Assembly (NCBI GenBank): GCA_041674525.1
Contig: JBAYVN010000002.1
Location: 9,841 to 73,840 of the forward strand
Direction of reading: 5' to 3'
DNA length: 64,000 bases
From: Dehalococcoidia bacterium
GTDB taxonomy: Bacteria > Chloroflexota > Dehalococcoidia > UBA2979
Part shown: positions 57,327 through 64,000 of the stretch, one piece after another
How positions within the stretch are numbered: position 1 is the first letter of the stretch
Layout: each line of letters opens with the position of its first letter
The notes under the pieces: generated by a model
Seen by the model: only the letters and a program-made list of their open reading frames with translations
What the model was told of the DNA's origin: nothing
Databases searched by the model: none
Program-made: the position numbers and the translations under genes

Positions 57327-58610
57327 CTACCGGGACTGGGCGAGGCGATCGAGTGCGTACGAGAGCGGCCGATCGGCCAGCGGCACCGCTCGACGATCCG
57401 TCGCCGGCGTCCCGCCGGGATCGAGTGGCGGGCGGTCCGCGTTCTGGAGTCGCACCACGAATGCCGCCCCGCCGCCCGGGGCATCCTCCACCGCGACGGT
57501 CCCGCCGAACTGCCGCACGAGCGTCGCCAGCGTGGACAGTCCCAGGCCGGAACCCTTCTCGGGCGGCTTCGTGGTGAAGAACGGATCGAAGATCCGGTCG
57601 CGGATCTCCCGCGGCACCCCGACGCCGTTGTCGCGCACGCTGATCGTCACGTGATCGCCCGTCAGATCGCCAGCGAGGGCCACGTGGACCTCGCCGGGCA
57701 GTCCGGGATCGCGCTCCATGCGTTCCAGCACCGCATCCCGGCTGTTGGTCAGGAGATTCAGGAGCACCTGCTGCAGCCCGGAGGTGGTGGCGTGCGCGCG
57801 CGGCACGTCGGCCTCGGCGTGCAGGGTGTACTGCATCCGCCGTCCGGAGGCGGCGGAGACGAGGTCCACGGTCTCCCGCGCCACCTGCACCGCGTCCACG
57901 CTGCCCACGCTCGCGGTCCCCGGGCGGCAGAGCGCCATCAGGTCCTTGACCAGGAGGGTCGCCTCGCCGGATGCCTTGGCCGCGATGTCGAGCCAGTAGG
58001 CGCGCTCGTCTCCGGGCGGCGTGTTCTCCTGCACGATGTGGATCGGGCCGATCACGCTCGTCAGCAGGTTGTTGAAGTTGTGCGCGAGGCCGGCGACCAG
58101 CGTGCCCAGTGCATGGTTCTTCTGCAGGACGCGCAGGCGCTCCTCCGCCTCCAGGCGTTCCGTCATGTCGACGAGCACGCCCAGCACGCGCCTCCCCGGC
58201 GAGCCGTCCGCGGGGAGGGTGGTCACCGAGCACGCCGCGAGGAATTCGGACCCGTCGCGACGCCGGGCGCGGGCATTGCGCCCCCACGGCGTGGAGGGCA
58301 GTTCTCCGGCCAGGTAGCGCCGCAGCGCGCGGTTGTGCACCTCCGGCGCGACCTCGGCGATCAGGACGGTGACCGACTGGCCGACGAGCTCCTCGGGAGC
58401 CCAGCCGAACGTGGTCTCCACTGCCGGATTGCAGGAGACGACCATGCCGCGCTCATCGAGCACCAGCATCGCGAGCGGCGTCGCCTGGAAGATGGCTTCG
58501 TACATGGCGAGGCGCTGGTGCAGTCCATCCAGCGACTCGCTCTGACCCGTCTGGCCTGCGCCATCCAAGGTCGGCCCCCCATCCATGGACGCGTTGCCGG
58601 CGAGCCGCAT
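57327..58610 (-). CDS. PAS-domain sensor histidine kinase
   Basis: PAS (..LAMLVLDERGMVVSCNPA..), HisKA (AGLAHNFNNLL), HATPase_c (DNGVGVP..GSGLGL). Start chosen at MRLAGN; ATG 58694 is an alternative. Confidence 0.75.
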   Translation of the reverse strand: MRLAGNASMDGGPTLDGAGQTGQSESLDGLHQRLAMYEAIFQATPLAMLVLDERGMVVSCNPAVETTFGWAPEELVGQSVTVLIAEVAPEVHNRALRRYLAGELPSTPWGRNARARRRDGSEFLAACSVTTLPADGSPGRRVLGVLVDMTERLEAEERLRVLQKNHALGTLVAGLAHNFNNLLTSVIGPIHIVQENTPPGDERAYWLDIAAKASGEATLLVKDLMALCRPGTASVGSVDAVQVARETVDLVSAASGRRMQYTLHAEADVPRAHATTSGLQQVLLNLLTNSRDAVLERMERDPGLPGEVHVALAGDLTGDHVTISVRDNGVGVPREIRDRIFDPFFTTKPPEKGSGLGLSTLATLVRQFGGTVAVEDAPGGGAAFVVRLQNADRPPLDPGGTPATDRRAVPLADRPLSYALDRLAQSR

Positions 58611-58816
58611 CCTGCGGCGCGGCTCCCCGGGCCGGTGGACCGGTCCCCGTCGAGCAACGTGGGATAGCGTAGGTACGGATACCGTCTGCGGCATCCGTAA
58701 TTCACGAACATGCCCGGGGGCAAATGGCGTAGCCCCTCATTCCGCCGTCCCTCGCGCCCGGCCGGCCCGTGAAGCGGCACGGGATCGTAGGGGGTGCCGT
58801 GACATACTCCCTACCT

Positions 58817-60172
58817 ATGTCGAGACCCACGTCGCAACATACATCGAGGCCCTCCCGCCCGCGGGTGTTCTATGGCTGGTGGATCGTTGCGGCGGGCTTC
58901 CTGAACCAGGCCCTGGCGGCCGCGCTCCTCCAGCGCTCGTACGGCGCATACGTGGTGCTCCTGCGTGAGGAGTTCGGCTGGAGCAAGGCCGAGCTCTCCG
59001 CCGCGTACTCCATGCAGCAGGTGGAGAACGGCATCCTCGGCCCGATCCAGGGCTGGCTCGTCGATCGCTTCGGGCCCCGGGCGAGCATGCGTGTCGGGAT
59101 GGTCATGTTCGGGCTCGGCTTCATCTGGTTCAGCCGCATCGATTCGCTCTCCACGTTCTACATCGCATTCGTCATGATGGCCTTGGGATCCAGCCTCGGC
59201 GGGTTCTTCCCGTTCTCGGTGGCGACGGTGAACTGGTTCAGCCGCCGGCGCAGCCGCGCGCTGTCCACCATGCAGATGGGGGGCGCGCTGGGCGGGCTGC
59301 TGATCTTCATCGTCGTCTTCGCGCTGGAGACCTTCGGCTGGCGGCAGACGGCGTTCGTCTCCGGGCTGCTGATCCTCGGCGTGGGCCTGCCGCTGACGCA
59401 GATCATCCGCCGCCGCCCCGAGGACCACGGCATGGTGGTGGACGGCGTGCCGCCCGAGGACCAGCCCGCGATCGAGGATGGTGCGTTGCGCGGCGCTCGC
59501 CTGTCGGATGCGTCCGGATCAGGCGACTTCACGCTCAAGCAGGCGATGGCCACTCCCGCGTTCTGGCTGATCTCGCTCGGGCACGCCTCCGCGCTGCTCA
59601 TCGTCTCGGCGGTGAACGTGCACATCGTCCTCTACATCACGGAGGACCTGGGCTATTCGCTGGGATTCGCGTCGCTCGTGCTGATGGTGCTGACCGTCGC
59701 GCAGGTCGCGGGCATCGGCGCGGGCGCCGTGGTGGGCGATCGCTGGGACAAGCGGCACATCGCCGTGGGGTGCATGGCGTTCCACACCATGGCCCTGCTG
59801 CTGGTCGCGTACGCCTTCCATCCCGCGGTCGTCTTCGCCTTCGCGGTCATGCACGGCGCGGCGTGGGGGCTGCGCGGGCCGATGATGCAGGCGATCCGCG
59901 CCGAGTACTTCGGCCGGAGCGCGTTCGGCTCGATCCTCGGCGTGTCGTCATTGCTGGTGATGGCGGGAACGATCTCCGGTCCACTGGTGGCCGGCGTGCT
60001 GGCGGACCGCACGGGGAGCTACCGCCTGGGGTTCACCATCCTCGCGATCCTGTCGGGCAGCGGCGCCGTCTTCTTCATGCTCGCGCGCCGCCCGACGCTG
60101 CCGCCCGGCGGCGGGCCGGCCGAGGAGAGCACGACGACGGCCGACGCCGGCCGGGCGCCCGCCGGTCGCTAG
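58817..60172 (+). CDS. MFS transporter (paralog of 44880 and 62988)
   Basis: 12-TM pattern with a shared VFYGWWIVAAGF N-terminal motif. Confidence 0.8.
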   Translation: MSRPTSQHTSRPSRPRVFYGWWIVAAGFLNQALAAALLQRSYGAYVVLLREEFGWSKAELSAAYSMQQVENGILGPIQGWLVDRFGPRASMRVGMVMFGLGFIWFSRIDSLSTFYIAFVMMALGSSLGGFFPFSVATVNWFSRRRSRALSTMQMGGALGGLLIFIVVFALETFGWRQTAFVSGLLILGVGLPLTQIIRRRPEDHGMVVDGVPPEDQPAIEDGALRGARLSDASGSGDFTLKQAMATPAFWLISLGHASALLIVSAVNVHIVLYITEDLGYSLGFASLVLMVLTVAQVAGIGAGAVVGDRWDKRHIAVGCMAFHTMALLLVAYAFHPAVVFAFAVMHGAAWGLRGPMMQAIRAEYFGRSAFGSILGVSSLLVMAGTISGPLVAGVLADRTGSYRLGFTILAILSGSGAVFFMLARRPTLPPGGGPAEESTTTADAGRAPAGR

Positions 60173-61170
60173 CGCGGCAGGAAGGCGATCGCGCCGAGGC
60201 CCTCCAGCGGGTCCGCGAGCACCGGCGCGGCCGGCTGCAGCGTGCGCAGATCGAACGCGGCGAGGCGTTCGTCCGTCGTGCGGTACACCAGCAGCCTCCG
60301 ATGCCCGTCGATCGCCAGCTCGCGGAAGGCGTTGGCGCGGCCGTGGTCCTGCGCGGTCTGGGGGATAATGCGTCCGGTCTTCACTCCACGCATGAGATCG
60401 GCCTCGATGAAGTCGCCGCGCGCGTTGGCGTACCAGGCGAGGCCCGTGCCGGGATCGCTGGCGAAGTGGCGGAAGCCGCCGGACACGATGTCGCCGAAGA
60501 ACGCGATGCCGAGACCGCCGTTCATCGTCGCGTCGTCGAGGTCGTAGAAGAGCACGCTGCCGGTCTGCGTCGGGACGATCAGGCGGCGGTGCACCAGGTC
60601 CACGGCCATGTGCCGCGCGTCGCTGGTCACCCCGCATCCCGGCGCGGACAGATCCGCGAAGCCGCGCAGTGACGGGCCGGCGGCGCCGGTGTCGATGTTG
60701 ATCGAGCGGATGGCGTCGTGCGTGTCGCTGTACCAGAGGCGCCGCGTCGCGGGGTCGAAGGCCACCTCGCGCGAACCGAGGGTCTGTCCGAGGCCAACGG
60801 CGTCCTCGCTGGGGCGCTCTGTCCAGGGCGGGAGCAGCACCCGGTCGGTGCCGCCCTGCACGTGCGCGACCACCGATCCGTCCCGCAGCGCCATGATCCA
60901 GCCGTCACCGGCGTTCGCGAACGTGTTGCGCTGATCGCCCTGCGACACACCCGTGCCGCGCACGTCGCGCACCGCCGTGATCAGGGTGAAGACGGTGACG
61001 CCCGCCATCGCTGCCACGATCGTGGCGGCGATGGCGGCCCGCAGCCCCCCTCGCGGCCGGTGCCCGGCGAAGGGAACACGCGGGCGACGGATCGGGTGCG
61101 CGAGGAGGGCGGCGGACACCCACGACCTCGGACGGGCCGGGTGCAGTGGATGCGCGTCATGAACGGTCAC
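60169..61170 (-). CDS. Membrane-anchored beta-propeller-like hypothetical protein
   Basis: N-terminal TM (AAIAATIVAAMAGVTVFTLI), then a repeated beta-strand pattern. Confidence 0.5.
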   Translation of the reverse strand: MTVHDAHPLHPARPRSWVSAALLAHPIRRPRVPFAGHRPRGGLRAAIAATIVAAMAGVTVFTLITAVRDVRGTGVSQGDQRNTFANAGDGWIMALRDGSVVAHVQGGTDRVLLPPWTERPSEDAVGLGQTLGSREVAFDPATRRLWYSDTHDAIRSINIDTGAAGPSLRGFADLSAPGCGVTSDARHMAVDLVHRRLIVPTQTGSVLFYDLDDATMNGGLGIAFFGDIVSGGFRHFASDPGTGLAWYANARGDFIEADLMRGVKTGRIIPQTAQDHGRANAFRELAIDGHRRLLVYRTTDERLAAFDLRTLQPAAPVLADPLEGLGAIAFLPR

Positions 61171-61198
61171 GGACGGCCTCGATCCCCACGGGGAACCG

Positions 61199-62380
61199 CT
61201 ACAGCTGCTTGAAGATCGCCGGGTCCGCCGGGCCCTCGACCACGAGCTGGCCCGCGGCGCCCTTGTTGAGCCGGCTGAGCGCGTGATCGACGATCGTGAA
61301 GGTGCCCGGGACCGGCACCGTGAGCTCCACCATCGTCGCGCCGCCCGGCGCCACGGTGACCGTCTGCACGCTCTCCGAGATGGACGCGAACGATCCGAAG
61401 ATCGCCGCGCGGTCGAAGATCGTCCCGATCACGTGGAACGAGGACGACAGGTTCGGCCCGCCGACGCCGAAGAAGATACGGATCTTCTCGCCCACCTTGG
61501 CCTTCAGCGCGCGGTCGCCGGTGACGGAGCCCATGGCGCCGTTGAACACCACGTACGTCGGGCGCTCATCGGCCATCGCCGGGAGGTTGAACTCCTGCAG
61601 CCCCGGCGTGCCCGCCGCGGACTTCGTGTACATGTCGCTCTGCATCACGTAGAACTCGCGGTCGACCCTGGGAAGCAGGTCCGGCGGCTCGATCACGATC
61701 AGCCCGAACATGCCGTTCGAGATGTGCAGGTCGATGGGCGCCGTGGCGCAGTGGTAGACGTACACGCCCGGATTCAGCGCCTTGAACGAGAACGCCTTGG
61801 TCTCGCCTACGGCAACCTGCGTCAGCGCGGCGCCGCCGCCCGGACCCCAGACCGCGTGGAGGTCGATGTTGTGACCGAGCGCGGACTCCTTCGGGTTCAC
61901 CAGGGTGAGCTCCACGGTGTCGCCGACGCGCGCGCGCAGCAGGGGCCCGGGGACGGATCCGTTGAAGGTCCAGTACGTGTAGGCCGCGCCGTCCGCCAGC
62001 TTGCCCTTCACGTCCTTGATCGTCAGCGTGGTCTTCACGGTCTCGGCGGTCTTGCGCGTCAGCGCCGGCGCGAGCGCGGGGACCGGCATGTAGTCGACGT
62101 TCACCGCGGCCTGGGGTGCGGCGGCCGTCGCCCCCGCACCCGATGCGCCGGATGTCACCGGCACGGCGGTCTTGCGGGGCGACGCGCCACCTTTGTTCTC
62201 GGAGCACCCGATGCCGAGGAATCCGGCCGCCGGGATGCCCACGCCGAGCAGTCCGATCCTCCGGAGCAGGCTGCGCCGGTCAACCGAGCAGTCGAGAGCC
62301 CGCTCGGCGCTGGTGGAGGCATCGGCGTTCGAGCCACGGCCGGTGCGGTCTGCTGCGCTGTGGGTGTCGTTGGTGGTCAT
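61199..62380 (-). CDS. nirK: Copper-containing nitrite reductase (two-domain cupredoxin, NirK/AniA)
   Basis: Tat/lipobox N-terminus (RRSLLRRIGLLGVGIPAAGFLGIGC). Type-1 and type-2 Cu ligand motifs (HNIDLHAV, VYVYHCATAP..H..NGMFG). Confidence 0.85.
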   Translation of the reverse strand: MTTNDTHSAADRTGRGSNADASTSAERALDCSVDRRSLLRRIGLLGVGIPAAGFLGIGCSENKGGASPRKTAVPVTSGASGAGATAAAPQAAVNVDYMPVPALAPALTRKTAETVKTTLTIKDVKGKLADGAAYTYWTFNGSVPGPLLRARVGDTVELTLVNPKESALGHNIDLHAVWGPGGGAALTQVAVGETKAFSFKALNPGVYVYHCATAPIDLHISNGMFGLIVIEPPDLLPRVDREFYVMQSDMYTKSAAGTPGLQEFNLPAMADERPTYVVFNGAMGSVTGDRALKAKVGEKIRIFFGVGGPNLSSSFHVIGTIFDRAAIFGSFASISESVQTVTVAPGGATMVELTVPVPGTFTIVDHALSRLNKGAAGQLVVEGPADPAIFKQL

Positions 62381-62484
62381 TCCCGTCCTCCTGGGACCCG
62401 GCGGCGCATCACTTACTCGTGCGCCTTACGTTGACTGGAATACTATTGGTTGCAGCAATCAACGTCTAGTACGAGAGTCAACAT
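62381..62484. promoter_or_regulatory. Divergent nirK / Rrf2-regulator promoter region with an AT-rich inverted repeat
   Basis: gttgact ... agtcaac inverted repeat flanks an AT-rich stretch (about 45% GC against about 70% locally). Confidence 0.45.
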
Positions 62485-62922
62485 ATGAACGTGACATTTA
62501 GTCGGAGAGCGGACTACGCGATTCGCGCAGTGCTAGACATCGCTCGTGCGTACGGGACCGGTCGACGGAAGACCCGCGAGATTGCCGCCGAGATGAACAT
62601 CCCGCCGAACTACCTGTCGCAGATCCTCGCCGTCCTGGTCCGGCACGGCATCCTGACGGCTGTCGCCGGGCAGGAGGGTGGCTACGAACTCGCCCGCCCG
62701 CCGGCCGCGATCCGCATGCTGGACGTGCTGGAGGTCTTCGAGGGGGCTCCACGCATCCAACGCTGCCTGCTCCGCGGCATCCCCTGCGGCTCGGATGGCA
62801 CATGCGCCGTCCACGATTCCTGGACGGACGCCCAGGAGGCCCTCGCCGCCCGCCTGGCGAACGTCACGTTCGAGGAACTGGCGGAGCGCGACCGCGCGCT
62901 GCGCGCCGGGCGCGCCGGCTGA
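62485..62922 (+). CDS. nsrR: Rrf2-family transcriptional regulator (NsrR-like, three Cys cluster ligands)
   Basis: N-terminal wHTH (ADYAIRAVLDIA...). C-terminal Cys cluster (C..LLRGIPCGSDGTCAVH) characteristic of [Fe-S] Rrf2 regulators. Divergent from nirK. Confidence 0.7.
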   Translation: MNVTFSRRADYAIRAVLDIARAYGTGRRKTREIAAEMNIPPNYLSQILAVLVRHGILTAVAGQEGGYELARPPAAIRMLDVLEVFEGAPRIQRCLLRGIPCGSDGTCAVHDSWTDAQEALAARLANVTFEELAERDRALRAGRAG

Positions 62923-62987
62923 CGGACGCCCGCGCTCGGCCCCCGGCGGAGCGTGCGGGCCGTTGACGCGGGGCGGAGAATCCGGTG

Positions 62988-64000
62988 ATGGCAGCGCGCG
63001 TCCGCACCGGGCTCTTCTACGGCTGGTACATCGTCCTGGTCGCCCTCGTGGCCCAGTTCATCGCGGGCGGCACGCAGATCTACGCGATCGGCGTCTTCCT
63101 GAAGCCGATGACCGAGGAGCTCGGCTGGTCCCGCGAGAGCTTCTCAGCGGTGCAGACCGTCTCCACGGTCGTCATGGGCATCAGCGGGCTGGCGATCGGC
63201 GGGCTGCTGGACCGCCGCGGTCCGCGGATGCTGCTGCTGCTGGGCGGCGTGATCGCGGGCGCCTCGCTCTGCGCGATCGGCGCGGTGCACGAGCTCTGGC
63301 AGTTCTACCTGCTGCGCGGCGTGGGCCAGACGCTGGGCGCGGCGATGATGGGAAACCTCGTCGTCAATGTCACGGTGGCCAAGTGGTTCGTCGCCCGCCG
63401 GGGCATGGCGATCTCCATGGCGTCCCTCGGCATCTCGCTCGGCGGGGTGCTGCTCGCGCCGCTAATCTCGGTGATCACGGACGCGTACGGGTGGCGGTCG
63501 GCGTGGGTGCTGCTGGGCGTCATGGTCTGGGTGCTGATCATCCCCAGTGCCTTCGTCATCCGCGCGACGCCCGAGCAGTACGGGCTGACGCCGGACGGCC
63601 TGAGCCCCGAGGAGGCGCTGGCGTACACGCAGCGCAAGCGCCGCGCCTCCGCGGCGACCGAGGTGCAGTGGACGCGCTCGGAGGCGATCCGCACCCCGAC
63701 GATCTGGATGGTGATCACCGCGTACGGGCTGGGCGGCATCGGGCTGGGGGCGCTGTTCCTTCACCTGATCCCGTTCCTCACGGACCAGGGATTCGGCCGC
63801 TCCACCGCGGCGGTGCTGTTCGGGTCGCAGGCATGGGCCTCGCTGCTGGCGAAGCCCGTGTGGGGCGCGTTGATGGACCGCTTCCATGCGAGGTTCCTGA
63901 GCGCCGCCGGCTTCACGCTCACCGCCGGGAGCATCGCGCTGATGATCCCTGCGGCGTCCACCGGATCGCTGTGGCTCACCGGGCTCGTGCTCTTCGTCTA
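62988..64000 (+). CDS. MFS transporter, 3' end outside the window
   Basis: Open frame from ATG 62988 to the end of the window (LFYGWYIVLVALVAQF...), so the ORF track lists no stop. Paralogous to the other two MFS genes. Confidence 0.75.
   Translation, partial: MAARVRTGLFYGWYIVLVALVAQFIAGGTQIYAIGVFLKPMTEELGWSRESFSAVQTVSTVVMGISGLAIGGLLDRRGPRMLLLLGGVIAGASLCAIGAVHELWQFYLLRGVGQTLGAAMMGNLVVNVTVAKWFVARRGMAISMASLGISLGGVLLAPLISVITDAYGWRSAWVLLGVMVWVLIIPSAFVIRATPEQYGLTPDGLSPEEALAYTQRKRRASAATEVQWTRSEAIRTPTIWMVITAYGLGGIGLGALFLHLIPFLTDQGFGRSTAAVLFGSQAWASLLAKPVWGALMDRFHARFLSAAGFTLTAGSIALMIPAASTGSLWLTGLVLFV

Noticed and set aside
1-64000. Search for tRNA, rRNA, CRISPR arrays, integrases or transposases
   Set aside because: No T-loop/acceptor-like tRNA signatures, no regularly spaced repeat-spacer arrays and no transposase or integrase motifs were seen. 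The tandem repeats present have no unique spacers between them.

Overview
This is a 64-kb window of very GC-rich bacterial chromosome (about 70% GC by eye, with strong GC3 bias). Long spurious ORFs are frequent on the strand opposite real genes. Genes are densely packed and mostly end in GC-rich hairpin terminators between convergent genes. No rRNA, tRNA, CRISPR array or obvious transposase was seen.

Content in map order:
- amtB-glnK nitrogen pair.
- A run of catabolic and redox enzymes: alpha/beta hydrolases, two luciferase-like (F420/flavin) oxidoreductases of which one appears frameshifted, a cell-wall amidase, FAH-family hydrolase, MBL-fold hydrolase, HAD hydrolase, cyclase, PEP-mutase/isocitrate-lyase family enzyme, and a split pair of hotdog (MaoC-like) dehydratases.
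- A KdpD-TM-type sensor kinase with a KdpE-like regulator, and a large multi-PAS hybrid histidine kinase.
- A duplicated cassette of two paralogous, orphan Tat-lipoprotein family-5 solute-binding proteins. Each is preceded by an array of about 12-bp GTGAT-core repeats. The cassette also holds a CapA-like metallophosphatase, two family-III CoA-transferases and a second FAH paralog.
- Nitroreductase and Gfo/Idh/MocA oxidoreductase.
- A complete Tad/Flp pilus locus: two Flp pilins, TadE, TadG-like, CpaB, CpaE/TadZ, CpaF/TadA, TadB, TadC, an embedded DUF192 gene and prepilin peptidase CpaA. It has no CpaC secretin or CpaD gene.
- Next to the Tad locus, an unusual signal-vWA-beta-rich-TM-FHA protein, a lipoprotein, and a winged-HTH + AAA+ ATPase with two small secreted or hypothetical proteins.
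- Three paralogous MFS transporters, a COG4941-type ECF sigma factor with a YciI-like partner, a second cyclase paralog, a SAM methyltransferase, single-chain pyruvate carboxylase, and a tungsten-type aldehyde:ferredoxin oxidoreductase coupled to a MoaD-like gene with a C-terminal extension.
- A lower-GC island with small uncharacterised ORFs, a PAS histidine kinase, a beta-propeller-like protein, and copper nitrite reductase nirK divergent from an Rrf2/NsrR-like regulator.

The most interesting candidates for something undescribed are:
- the secretin-less Tad locus with its flanking vWA-TM-FHA and wHTH-AAA+ genes;
- the GTGAT tandem-repeat arrays in front of the duplicated orphan SBP cassette;
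- two 15-bp tandem repeat arrays;
- the low-GC island.

All homology calls rest on recognising motifs in the translated ORFs by eye. No database search was run.
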